The translations under genes were made by a program, and so were the position numbers. A DNA stretch of 64,000 nt from a virus (lineage: Duplodnaviria > Caudoviricetes), in IMG/VR virus record IMGVR_UViG_3300032038_000022, positions 1 through 64,000 of that record. One strand, 5' to 3'. The notes beneath the pieces are model-generated. The model did not search any database, was not told the DNA's origin, and saw only the letters and a list, made by a program, of their open reading frames with translations. Below, one piece after another: positions 37,766 through 47,950 of the stretch (positions are counted from its first letter, which is position 1; the number at the start of each line of letters is the position of its first letter).

Positions 37766-37780
37766 TTCCTTATTAATGTC

Positions 37781-38209
37781 ATGAAAAAATTAATAATGAA
37801 ATTATTGGGGAAAAGAAAAACTAGTTTAGGCTTTAAAGTAAAAGACCTAGAAATATTTCCCTCTAAGCGAAAATATCTTGCAGCACAACATGACTATTCT
37901 ATGTTAGGACGGGATATTGTTTTTAAAGACGAAGGAGAAACTAGAATGGGTGTTGTTGTTAAAGATTATATATCATCAGATCTTTCTAGACACTATACTA
38001 CTATAAATCGAGTAACAGGAGAAGAAAGTGATGTAGATATACACAATGTATTTAAAGTTGAGGGTATGGTTGATGAAACTAATATTACAGCTAAATCTGG
38101 AGATATACTTAGTAATATAAAAGAATATTGCACAAAAGTATGTTTTATGGAATGTAGCATTGACTGTCCTTTAAATAAATATAAATTTAAGAAAAATGGC
38201 AATATTTAA
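37781..38209 (+). CDS. Hypothetical protein with C-terminal Cys cluster
   Basis: YC..VC..EC...CPL; promoter box 37768-37778. Confidence 0.7.
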   Translation: MKKLIMKLLGKRKTSLGFKVKDLEIFPSKRKYLAAQHDYSMLGRDIVFKDEGETRMGVVVKDYISSDLSRHYTTINRVTGEESDVDIHNVFKVEGMVDETNITAKSGDILSNIKEYCTKVCFMECSIDCPLNKYKFKKNGNI

Positions 38210-38888
38210 GTGGAATGAAACCTCATATGAGTATTTTAAAGAAATACTTATAGGCTTTGCAAAAGAAGAGGATTACGCTAAGAATAAAGTTCTAGAAGTT
38301 CAAGATCCATTAGGCATAAAAGTAGGAGCAAATCTTAGAAGAACTTTTTTTGGAAAGAAAATTAATATCTTTGATTTTGAGTCCTATAATAAAAATCACG
38401 TTGAACTTCTTAAGAAAATGCAGAACATGATTCCTGATATGATGTTAGATATAGTTAATGGTGACACAATGGGAATGTGTAACTTAGATCCAGTGAACGG
38501 ACCAAAAATATCCCCTATCTTAACAAAGGATAGAGGAATGGATCTTGTTTGGTCTTCTATGTTTGGTGAAACAGCCTTAGAAACTAAAATGACTAAAATG
38601 ATTGCTGAAAAAGCTCCTTGTATCATGTGGTATTTAAGGGACAAGTATGGAAATCGCTTAATGGATATAAGTCCAAATAGTGCTAGGAAATATTCTAATC
38701 AAGAAAGAATGGTTAGATTTAGAACTATTAACTTTGATACATGGAAACAAATGGTTGAAGACTGGATGATAGAAGGAAAAGATTTAACAGAGTACATAAA
38801 GGATGACTTACAAGCTAAAGATATCGCGGTCATTCCAAAATTTGCAGAATTATTAATAGATATGAAAAAAATCTTGGGATCTTTATAG
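38196..38888 (+). CDS. Hypothetical protein
   Basis: 230-aa ORF. Confidence 0.7.
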   Translation: MAIFKWNETSYEYFKEILIGFAKEEDYAKNKVLEVQDPLGIKVGANLRRTFFGKKINIFDFESYNKNHVELLKKMQNMIPDMMLDIVNGDTMGMCNLDPVNGPKISPILTKDRGMDLVWSSMFGETALETKMTKMIAEKAPCIMWYLRDKYGNRLMDISPNSARKYSNQERMVRFRTINFDTWKQMVEDWMIEGKDLTEYIKDDLQAKDIAVIPKFAELLIDMKKILGSL

Positions 38889-38937
38889 GTCCTGAGGTTT
38901 TCATTTCCTTATCTTTGTATAAAAATATATAAAAGAA

Positions 38938-40071
38938 ATGGCAAACGATATTGTAAAGAAGAACAAAGATGTAACAGAGGTTAGACCTTTAGAAAGTTAC
39001 AGTCAAGAAGAAATAGAAAAATACGAAAAAATAACTAGATCATTAGATATTACCAAACCTAATTCTGTTTTGATGTATGGTTCAGAGTTAAGTAACGTGG
39101 CTGAACAAGCAGCAGATGAATTACTTAAAGCTACTAGAAGATCAAATGCAGGTGATGTTGGTGAACAACTTGGACAACTTCTTTCTAAGCTTGGAGAAGT
39201 TAAGTTAAATGATCCAGGTCAAGCTCAAGGATGGAAAAGAAAACTAATAAAATATATTCCATTCTTAAAACCGGTTCTAGATGACTACGAAAAATTTACA
39301 AGTCGATATGATACAGTAAAAGATAGTTTTGATAAAATTAAAGAAGAGGTAAACATTATCAAAACTGAAATTCAAGAAGGAACATCTGAAACAGAGCTTT
39401 TATACAAATCAATATCTAAATATAAAGATGATATTGAGGAATTAATAGAGGCTGGTCAATATAAACTGGCAACTATTGATAAACAACTTAATGAAATGGA
39501 TGATAATGATCCTGAAAAGCAAAAGTTAACTATCTTTAGAAATACCTTAAATAATGATATTTTCCAAAAGATTGAACAAAAATATCTCCTTCAGAGTAGT
39601 ATGGCTCAAATTGTAACTATGACCGCTGATGATGCAATGATTTGTCAAAAGGCACAAAGAGTCGTAGGAACAACAATACCTCTGATGAAACAGAAAGCTC
39701 AGGTTGCTATTAAAGCCCTTAAACTGAGATATTATTGTGATGTATTCGATGGGATTGATCAAACAGCTGATGCCTTAATGAAGAGTGCATCTAAAGCCGT
39801 TGAATCTGTTACGGTCGATATTGCTAATCAGGCTGTTCGTGACGATATTAAGTTCGAAACCTTGATTGAAGAAATGAATGCTAATATCAGAACTGTTGAA
39901 CAACTTAATCAAATTCTTAGGGAAACAGGAACTAGGAGATTGGAGCAAGTTAAGGAACTTGAACAGAAATCTACAGAAATGAAGAAAGTCTATGGAAAAA
40001 CTATTCAAACTGCCGACGAACAGAAGAAACTCTTTGGCAATGGGCATGTAGAAGTAAAAGAATTGAAATGA
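38938..40071 (+). CDS. Toxic anion resistance protein TelA/KlaA family
   Basis: YG.E..N.A...L...R....GDVGE.L..L...L; TTIPL.K; all-helical, 377 aa. Confidence 0.8.
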   Translation: MANDIVKKNKDVTEVRPLESYSQEEIEKYEKITRSLDITKPNSVLMYGSELSNVAEQAADELLKATRRSNAGDVGEQLGQLLSKLGEVKLNDPGQAQGWKRKLIKYIPFLKPVLDDYEKFTSRYDTVKDSFDKIKEEVNIIKTEIQEGTSETELLYKSISKYKDDIEELIEAGQYKLATIDKQLNEMDDNDPEKQKLTIFRNTLNNDIFQKIEQKYLLQSSMAQIVTMTADDAMICQKAQRVVGTTIPLMKQKAQVAIKALKLRYYCDVFDGIDQTADALMKSASKAVESVTVDIANQAVRDDIKFETLIEEMNANIRTVEQLNQILRETGTRRLEQVKELEQKSTEMKKVYGKTIQTADEQKKLFGNGHVEVKELK

Positions 40072-41126
40072 TTTATTATAAAGATCTAGGAAAGACAGTA
40101 AGAGTATCCTTTACGGAAAAAGGAGAATACTTGATTACAAGAAAAAGAAGACTCGCCACTGGAGTGTGTAGACAAATTTCAGTCGTGGATCCAAATGACT
40201 ATTGTAAAAACCTAGATTATGAAATAGAAAATTTCGGAATTGCTACTATAGATCATGATGATATTGTTCCTGGATGTCTTTATGTCTTAGGAAACAAAAA
40301 TAGTATAACATCAATACTAAGTTCATGTATCTATCGAGCAGTAAAGGAAGTAACTTGGGCAAATAACAGACACTCTATAGTATTTGAAAAGGTTATGGAC
40401 GATACTGAGGACATTCCCGGAGTACCCGTCGCTAATCATCTAAGTGAGAGTGATTGCAACTTTTTAGGAGTTAAATTTGCTCCTGGTCTCATTATAATGC
40501 CTACTGAAATGGGATGGAAAAGAGTAAATGAGAATTATCATGGAGGAATTACTTCTAATGACCTAAGTACATACCCAGAATCTAGAATAAAAGGCTGTAC
40601 TAATAGTATAAGATATATGATGATTCGATTGGGAGGCTTTAAAAGTGAAAACGACTTCAACATAATAGAGACACCCGAAGGAACTTCTATTGACCTAACA
40701 CTATTTATGATAAGCCTAAAAGTAAAAGTGACAGAAGAAATAGTATCTTTGGCTGGCTATACTGGATTTAATCTAGATGAAGACATTCCATTTACAGTTG
40801 TAAGAAATGATTATGGTAAATCTATTAGACAAAGTAAACATCACATTGTCGACAATAATGGATATATTACATTGATTCTAGACCTAACAAAGAATGGTAA
40901 AGGTGTTAGTGTATCTTCAATGAAAGGAAAAAATGTTGAATCATTATTCAGAATAACTTGGGATGAAACATTTTCAGTAAGAACAAAAGATGGCTTTTCA
41001 GTAATCACTGAAGCATTAAAAGAAACTAGTAAGTATTGTCCTGACTATCCAACGAATATATTCTATAAAAGAAATAATCGATTCTGGAGAAAAGTCATAA
41101 ACGGACATATTACTGGTGGGTGGTAA
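40068..41126 (+). CDS. Hypothetical protein
   Basis: 352-aa coupled ORF. Confidence 0.7.
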   Translation: MIYYKDLGKTVRVSFTEKGEYLITRKRRLATGVCRQISVVDPNDYCKNLDYEIENFGIATIDHDDIVPGCLYVLGNKNSITSILSSCIYRAVKEVTWANNRHSIVFEKVMDDTEDIPGVPVANHLSESDCNFLGVKFAPGLIIMPTEMGWKRVNENYHGGITSNDLSTYPESRIKGCTNSIRYMMIRLGGFKSENDFNIIETPEGTSIDLTLFMISLKVKVTEEIVSLAGYTGFNLDEDIPFTVVRNDYGKSIRQSKHHIVDNNGYITLILDLTKNGKGVSVSSMKGKNVESLFRITWDETFSVRTKDGFSVITEALKETSKYCPDYPTNIFYKRNNRFWRKVINGHITGGW

Positions 41127-41171
41127 AAATAAAAGGAGAGAGAAATAAACTCTCTTCCTTATTTTTGATTA

Positions 41172-41539
41172 TGATAAAATTAGTTATATTAATGTTTATT
41201 TGTCATGTGATAGATGACTTTGTATTTCAACCAATATGCTTAAGTAAACTAAAACAAAAGAAATTTTGGTTAGAAAATACTAATAACCAGTTATATAAAA
41301 ATGATTATAAAATGGCTCTGGTTATTCATTCATTTTCTTGGTCTGGCATGATTCTGCTTCCGTGGATAATCTTTGCTAAAGATTGGATAATAATGATCAT
41401 GTTCTTTATCAATGGAATTATTCATTACATAGTAGATAATGCAAAAGCAAATAAGCTTGCAATTAATTTAATTCAAGATCAATTCATTCACATTTGTCAA
41501 ATTATTTTTACTTTTATTATACTATGGACAACACTGTAA
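41172..41539 (+). CDS. DUF3307-like membrane protein
   Basis: H..DDF..Q, L.IH, IHY.VD..K, QDQ..H. Confidence 0.8.
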
Positions 41540-41763
41540 GATTTGTAATAGAGGTTAAGAAACTAAGTAAGACGGAAAAATATGACTGCTCAAACTGTAA
41601 ATTTAGAAATATTCATGGAGATTGCGGAATTCAATTAGTCGATGTTCTGTTAGAAGGCGGCATAGATCTCTTTGATTGTGAAAAATTTAATCTAAACTCT
41701 ATTAAACTTATAGAGAAGTTTGGATATCATGATTATATAGAAATTGATGATGGAAATAGCTGA
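41524..41763 (+). CDS. Small Cys-containing hypothetical protein
   Basis: C.NC.F...C; ATG 41524 preferred. Confidence 0.5.
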   Translation: MDNTVRFVIEVKKLSKTEKYDCSNCKFRNIHGDCGIQLVDVLLEGGIDLFDCEKFNLNSIKLIEKFGYHDYIEIDDGNS

Positions 41764-42106
41764 AATATATAAGATTTGTGAATGTAGTGCAGGAAAATAT
41801 GTAAGTTTCTTTAAAAAAGAGCCAGTTTTCTTAGTAGGAGCAGTAGTGAAAGAGAATTATTATTATATCGTAATTAACAAAAACCTAGAATTACTTTTTA
41901 AATCCTGCTTATTAGGAAAATTTGAAATTATTGGAACTGATAAAGGAGAATTAAACTGGACTCTTCCATGGACTAGGTTTATAGGACAGTTAGGAAAAGA
42001 AGAAAAAGAAAAACTAGAAACTAATATTAAAACTAAATTAATACGTGAGATTTCTAAATTTGGAAATTTCTTTATAAATACCGTTAAAAAAATCATTAGA
42101 TGCTAA
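41744..42106 (+). CDS. Hypothetical protein (may extend to ~42212 across an A7 tract)
   Basis: ORF track; the +1 frame after 42086 stays open to the next terminator. Confidence 0.55.
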   Translation: MMMEIAEIYKICECSAGKYVSFFKKEPVFLVGAVVKENYYYIVINKNLELLFKSCLLGKFEIIGTDKGELNWTLPWTRFIGQLGKEEKEKLETNIKTKLIREISKFGNFFINTVKKIIRC

Positions 42107-42219
42107 ACAAATTTCTAAATGGCAATATGACAAAGCGACCTGGAAAGTTATAGATAGAATGATTAAACATCCTGAAAAAAGTATAATCTGGTTTACATTA
42201 GATGAAAAATAAAGAGACT

Positions 42220-42907
42220 TTAATAGGTCCCTTTTATTTTTGCTCTTTTCCAATTCTTAGTCCAATGTTCATCCGTAACAACATGATTTGGTCTAACATA
42301 CTTAAAGACATTATTCCTAAAATTGGATGTACTAAACTCATTTATATTTCTAACTACAATGCCTTCCATAGTACATTTTTCTCCCGTTATAGGATTATAA
42401 GAATCAAAAATACTACTAGATCGTGAAATCTCTAATACTTTTTCTTCCACTTCTATTGGAGAAAATATACCTAATACTGGAACACATGGAAATCCAAAGT
42501 ATTCTGCATACCACCGAACTTCATTCCAACTTAGCCATAAATCTTTATCATTATCCCTAACAGCAAACATATAAAATAATGATGAAAGATTTTTTATATT
42601 CAATACTATGAATTCCTTCTAAATTTTCTCCAAAAAGTTCAATATTTTCAGGTAAATCGAATTGTTTAAGAGTCCACTGCTGTCTAATCCATGATGTCCA
42701 AGGTGTTGTTGTAGGGGCTGCATGCGATCTAGCATAAACGCCATTTCTCGATAAACATGTATCTTCACCATCTAACTTCTCAGTAAATACTAACTGGTTT
42801 ATAGATTGACAATCCTTTATCCAATTATGATTTATTCTATCATCCTTTGTAGCTCCTGGACTAAAGGGAAAATGATAAGTTCTTCCATATTTATCAGTTT
42901 GTGGCAT
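42220..42907 (-). pseudogene. RNA ligase (Rnl2-like family) split by a one-base insertion in an A6 tract
   Basis: KY.RT.H.P.SPG...DD, TEKLDG, GEN...HSIEY in the first ORF; F..FAV, VPVL, EGIVVR, KYVR..HV.TD.HW in the second. Confidence 0.85.
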
Positions 42908-43967
42908 TTGGAATAGTAAATTTATGTAAAACTCTTACCTGTTCTTCTAAGGAATCAATAGTATTCGCATAAATTAAAAAACCGTGATTCTTTAGATTAA
43001 TTGCCCCACAATCTGAATCTCCAATCATCCTAATAACTTCATCAGCCTCACGAACATCACCACAGAGGTAATACTTATCAGTCATCTTAGCATTGTCAAT
43101 AAAAGCATGACCGTGAATCAAAAAGTTAATTTTTGGACATCCTTGATAAATTCTAAGTTGTGTTGGAGAATCTACACTAGGTTTAATATCTACAGGTTTA
43201 AGATTCACAAAAGTTGGAAAATATTCATCTCCATCCCTATAAATGATCATATCTCCAAAAGTCAAACTTTCTTTATCACTATTCCTAGGACTTACAAAAA
43301 TATGATTCTTATTATCTCTCATTGAGGGAAATAATTTTTGACATCTAGTACTAATATTCCCAAAGAATCTATCTCCGCAACTCTTTTTAACGACATCAGC
43401 TAGGTTTTTATTTATTCTTATCAATCTCGAAATAAGCATGACTTGACAAGAATTAGCTCTTAATTCTAATGCTGCAGACATTGCTTCCTTAACATCCGTA
43501 ATTAAAGTTGTACTAATTCTTTTTGCATCCTTCGTAAAAATATAAAACCTGAGAATTGCTAAACATAACTCCTCAATATCATCTCCATCATACCATATAT
43601 TATTAAGTGCATCAACAAGAGTAAATGTATAATAACCTGGTATACTATTTCGAATCTCAATTACAGCATTACCATGCATCTTAAAAATTCTTGATATCGA
43701 TTCAGCCCTTTTATATCCTGCTCTCATAACCTTTGAACATATAAGAACAGATCCAATTCTTTTCTTTGGATAATGCTTCTCTTCTTCATTAGGGATGTTA
43801 GGAATCCATAATACTAGGTCACCACATAATTCTGATGGTAGGTCTTTTAGTAAACCACCATTAATACATACTACTTCGTCTCCTCCTAAGATTTCTCTAA
43901 TCTGTCTTACAATTCCTGATTCCTTCGGTTCGGAACCAAAATTACCTCCTATTATTTGATACGTCAT
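42894..43967 (-). CDS. Class II aldolase/adducin-domain protein with N-terminal extension
   Basis: GNIS.R, PSVD......IY, IHGH, L.NHG. Confidence 0.7.
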   Translation of the reverse strand: MTYQIIGGNFGSEPKESGIVRQIREILGGDEVVCINGGLLKDLPSELCGDLVLWIPNIPNEEEKHYPKKRIGSVLICSKVMRAGYKRAESISRIFKMHGNAVIEIRNSIPGYYTFTLVDALNNIWYDGDDIEELCLAILRFYIFTKDAKRISTTLITDVKEAMSAALELRANSCQVMLISRLIRINKNLADVVKKSCGDRFFGNISTRCQKLFPSMRDNKNHIFVSPRNSDKESLTFGDMIIYRDGDEYFPTFVNLKPVDIKPSVDSPTQLRIYQGCPKINFLIHGHAFIDNAKMTDKYYLCGDVREADEVIRMIGDSDCGAINLKNHGFLIYANTIDSLEEQVRVLHKFTIPNATN

Positions 43968-44515
43968 AATCCAAGTTTATTTAATATTGGTTCAACTCCT
44001 CTGCGAATAATCTCCTCATAAGCTTTCCACTTATCACGAGCTACTTCATATTCTAAAGTTTCTCTAGTATCAAGTTGAGACTCAAGTTTAGAATAAGCAC
44101 AACACTCCCAGTCAATAACAAGAGCTTGCCAATCCATTTTATCCCAACCCCTAGTTAATCCATATTCTAAGTGATGACAATTATGAAGACGATGAAATGA
44201 TTGAACCTTTTTGTAGTCTCCTCTATACCATAACTTCAGCCAAGGCTTCTCAATATCGTGTAAAAGATACTTTGGACGCCAAATACCATTGTTAAGAGCA
44301 ACTACCTGATATGAACACCAATGAGCAAACCAATACCTAAAGGAACTTCGATCTGCTTTAGTAAACATTTTATATGATTTGAATTTTCTTCTAAACTCAA
44401 CCTCTCCAGAACAAGTGATTACTTTATCTCCTGATTCTGCTGATATAATTCCATCACCTTTCTCTTTTCTAATAAAAAATTTTGGTAATTCTTTTCTTCT
44501 TATTATATATTTCAT
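43964..44515 (-). CDS. HD-like metal-binding protein (DUF5662-like)
   Basis: H...HDIEKP...H...N.HH...DW; promoter box 44518-44528. Confidence 0.6.
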   Translation of the reverse strand: MKYIIRRKELPKFFIRKEKGDGIISAESGDKVITCSGEVEFRRKFKSYKMFTKADRSSFRYWFAHWCSYQVVALNNGIWRPKYLLHDIEKPWLKLWYRGDYKKVQSFHRLHNCHHLEYGLTRGWDKMDWQALVIDWECCAYSKLESQLDTRETLEYEVARDKWKAYEEIIRRGVEPILNKLGL

Positions 44516-44545
44516 ATCACAAATAAGGAAAAGAAAGAGGAGAAA

Positions 44546-46555
44546 TTAATCTCCCTTCTTTTTTATTATCTCAAAACCATGAATTCTTTTACCATTTTCA
44601 GACAACAATACAGACTTTAATTCAAACCACTGTTCTAGATCTGTTGCTTTTGCTGTCTTTTTATAACCTAAAGATGAATACAACGTTGATAAGTTTTGTT
44701 TTATACTGTCTTTACTTAATCTATCACCAATATTAAACATCTTGTATACCTCAACATTAATTAATAGTGGATTAAAAGATACTACATTAAGTTCTTTGTT
44801 AAGTAAATTAATATTATACCCTAAACTTCTACATCTATCCGGACCAATGACAGTATAATATTCCCTAAAGTGCTTTTCTGAAATTTGACCAAGTATATAA
44901 TCTATATTAGAGGATTGATAATTACATAAGTACTTTAATTTATCATAAAGATTAGGCAAAGACTCATATATTATCATAAAGTTTTTCACTTCTTCATCCC
45001 TGGAGCTAAGAGATTGTATATTGGTATCTAGTGCACTGAATACACTAAAACGGTCTTTATAATCTATCTGTTGTATGTCATATGCCCTCTGTTCAGCTAT
45101 TAAGACAAGATTATTCTGCAATGGTTGAAATAACCATAAATTACTCTCAGGATTAAAGACTCGATTTACAGAAACATAATCATCTTTATAACTACTATTA
45201 TTAGCGTCCTTTTCATATTTCTCCGCTAAATCCTCTTTAGTATATTCTGGACTATATGAATAAGCATCTAATAGATTTTGCGTTTTCTTTAACTTCTTTT
45301 TAATCTCATCATCAAACTGTTCCTTCGCCTTTTGCTTATCCAATGCTATAGGTTTGTAATAAAATTCTGCACTATTCTTCCATGGGTTTTCTATTAATCT
45401 CTGTCTACCTAAAATCTGTGGTAAGTCTAAGGAAATATCAACAGCAAGTGTTTCAATATTAGCATCACTTATTACAAATGTTCTGGCACATGTAGAGTAA
45501 AAATCAGCTCCTAAGTATACTGTTCGAGTGCAAAAAGTGAAGGTTTTATGTTTCTCACCTCTAAGAGGTACCTTACCAATAGTGAATTTCTTACCAATTT
45601 TACGTGTTATTCTCTTCTGGTTTTCAGGTGTATTAGCACATAATATGTTTACATCTTCAGGTAATAATCCACTTTTCTTAATAATACAGCAGATATTATT
45701 AACGGAATTGACATAAAACACTGCTTCTTTACTTTCTACACATTCCGCTTTACCATTAGAACCAATACGATAGAACTTCTCGTATTGTCCATTTTTATAC
45801 TTCTCGATAATCTCTTTTGCTGTAGTAAATACACTTTTTGAATGTCTTACTATTAAATTAGGTTTCATAACACGATTAGGATCTTTTATACACCAATCTA
45901 GTTCAAAATAAGGTAGATCTTTAAACTCATCAAGACGATCTAAATACTCTTCCATCATCGGTGTTGCTGAAACGAAACATACCCTTTGAATTCCCTGAAC
46001 GTAAGACATAAATTTAAGCTCTGTTGAGGCTTTGAATCTACTGTCTGTAAAAATGCTCTGAAATTCATCAATAATAATACGAAATATAGAAAGTTCTGAA
46101 TGATATGCTAAAATATCTCTTACTAAGTTAAATGAATCATAAGTAACTAGAATTTTAGCAGGTTTTCCCATAGATCTTCTGGACTTAATATATTCCATAA
46201 TCATTATTGTCAATTTATTAAAGAATTCCTTCTTCTGTTCTTCTGTTGGTACAAAAGTATCTGGCTTAAATACAGACTTACCCCTAATTGATAGATCCCT
46301 TCCAGCATCTATAATTCTCTCATAATCATTCACTACATAAAACACGTCCCCTAGATGTTGTTCACTTTTGTTCTGTAATAAAATCTTACGCGGTGAACAT
46401 AAAACTACATTTTCATTATTCATAATAGCCCATTCAGTAAAACCACAACCAGGAATTTGTTTGTCTAGTATGTGTGGAAAGTTAGGTAGAGAAAAATTTA
46501 ACCACTCAGAAATATATCTAATTCCCGCTGGCACTTCTATTATTTGTTTTTTCAT
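44546..46555 (-). CDS. SF2-helicase-like / origin-binding-like protein, copy 2
   Basis: PGCGFTE, DEFQ, SATP, TRTVYLGADFY, QILGRQR; C-terminal KATDLEQWFE...EIIKKKGD shared with copy 1. Confidence 0.75.
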   Translation of the reverse strand: MKKQIIEVPAGIRYISEWLNFSLPNFPHILDKQIPGCGFTEWAIMNNENVVLCSPRKILLQNKSEQHLGDVFYVVNDYERIIDAGRDLSIRGKSVFKPDTFVPTEEQKKEFFNKLTIMIMEYIKSRRSMGKPAKILVTYDSFNLVRDILAYHSELSIFRIIIDEFQSIFTDSRFKASTELKFMSYVQGIQRVCFVSATPMMEEYLDRLDEFKDLPYFELDWCIKDPNRVMKPNLIVRHSKSVFTTAKEIIEKYKNGQYEKFYRIGSNGKAECVESKEAVFYVNSVNNICCIIKKSGLLPEDVNILCANTPENQKRITRKIGKKFTIGKVPLRGEKHKTFTFCTRTVYLGADFYSTCARTFVISDANIETLAVDISLDLPQILGRQRLIENPWKNSAEFYYKPIALDKQKAKEQFDDEIKKKLKKTQNLLDAYSYSPEYTKEDLAEKYEKDANNSSYKDDYVSVNRVFNPESNLWLFQPLQNNLVLIAEQRAYDIQQIDYKDRFSVFSALDTNIQSLSSRDEEVKNFMIIYESLPNLYDKLKYLCNYQSSNIDYILGQISEKHFREYYTVIGPDRCRSLGYNINLLNKELNVVSFNPLLINVEVYKMFNIGDRLSKDSIKQNLSTLYSSLGYKKTAKATDLEQWFELKSVLLSENGKRIHGFEIIKKKGD

Positions 46556-46656
46556 AATTATTATTGTTTTTTTTAAATTTACTCTTATAGATAACCTAGC
46601 CTCAAAACTCGCCTAGGTTAACATTCAAACATAAGGCTTTCAATACTGAAATATGA

Positions 46657-46806
46657 GCAAAAGTGTACCATTTTATTAGCAAATTTTCGGAAAATGTAAA
46701 GAATACTTATATCTTCAAAAAATGGTACATCTTTACCTTATTCCATCACTCCACTTCGCTTCGTTCGGTCAATATCACAATCTATCTCTGGGTCTTATAC
46801 AAGAGC
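46657..46806. mobile_element. Conserved non-coding end of helicase-like cassette, copy 2
   Basis: GCAAAA, then inverted repeat TGTACCATTTT/AAAATGGTACA, then 40-mer at 46734-46773, then GTCTTATACAAGAGC. Confidence 0.5.
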
Positions 46807-47062
46807 TTTAATTAAAGATGAAACCCCGACAACGACCGAGTTTTTTGAGGTCGTATTAGGGGTGGAATCTAAATAATATGTTTCCTTAGGCGCGAAAAAA
46901 TAGTACAGAAAAAAGAAGATATAACCTTTTGGTATTATATCTTCTCCAAGTGTTCGCCAGTTAGTTTTAACTTAGTCTCGTATGAATGGTTGATAGTATT
47001 CCTCTGGCTATAGAAATTTCTATCTTTCACTATTAAGGATTTAGAAAGAAGGAAAATTAAAG

Positions 47063-47133
47063 TTGGAGTACCAGGATTCGAACCTGGAAGTACAGAACCA
47101 AAATCTGTTGTGTTACCATTACACTATACTCCA
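47063..47133 (-). tRNA. tRNA-Gln(TTG)
   Basis: TGGAGTA/TACTCCA acceptor, ACAGA-TTTTGGT-TCTGT, CCAGG-TTCGAAT-CCTGG. Confidence 0.95.
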
Positions 47134-47153
47134 AAATAGTTATTATTTCATAT

Positions 47154-47684
47154 CTAAGGATTTTGATCCTTTTCAATTCCCTTTATTATCAATAGTCTTA
47201 TAAGTTTATTAAAAGAACTTAGATAGTTGTTTTTCTCATTATTCTTTATCCAGTATAATAATATATCTTTTTCTATCCAAATTTTGTTTTTAAAAAGTGA
47301 TTTTTCAGTTAATATTATTGTTCTAAAAGACCCAAAGAATAGAGGAAACTTAAGATATTCATCTCTTATTAATCTTTTCCATTCAGGTAATTTAGTCCCT
47401 TTCCTTCTTCCTCTTCCACTCCACCATATAGAACAAGTACACTCAAATCTATGACATCCGTTTCTATCAAGTTCTATATCATTAGTCAGCCATCTATTTA
47501 GGTATCGATAGGGGTTACCCTTTAATTTCTTTTTAATCCATTCCATGCTAAACTTCTTAGGACAATTAAATTTATTTATTATTTTTAGCAGATCTGAATC
47601 ACTAAGTCTAAGGGTAAAGGGAATTCTTAAAGTAATGTCAGTATAATTTTTAGAATTCTTATTATATTTATAATATATCCACAT
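47154..47684 (-). CDS. Basic hypothetical protein
   Basis: 176-aa ORF. Confidence 0.55.
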   Translation of the reverse strand: MWIYYKYNKNSKNYTDITLRIPFTLRLSDSDLLKIINKFNCPKKFSMEWIKKKLKGNPYRYLNRWLTNDIELDRNGCHRFECTCSIWWSGRGRRKGTKLPEWKRLIRDEYLKFPLFFGSFRTIILTEKSLFKNKIWIEKDILLYWIKNNEKNNYLSSFNKLIRLLIIKGIEKDQNP

Positions 47685-47921
47685 AATAATAAAATTAAGT
47701 AGACTATAAAAATCTAAGTCTACTATTTTAAGGAATTAAGGTCCAATATTTATTTTTCCAGTCTTCAAAAGACGTTTCATTCTCCAAGTAAGATTATAGA
47801 GATCTATGTATATGGGAAGGGATTCCGATATCATATTTCCTATATTTTTTTTAAATTAAAAGGGTGTGGCTCGGACCTATCTCACTCCGAATAGAGTTCT
47901 CGTTCAATTTGGCCAATCGAG

Positions 47922-47940
47922 CTCACACCAGAAGATAAAT
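47922..47940. repeat. 19-bp direct repeat CTCACACCAGAAGATAAAT, copy 1 of 3
   Basis: Exact copies at 47922-47940, 49187-49205 and 50516-50534. Confidence 0.9.
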
Positions 47941-47950
47941 AGCTGAAGGG

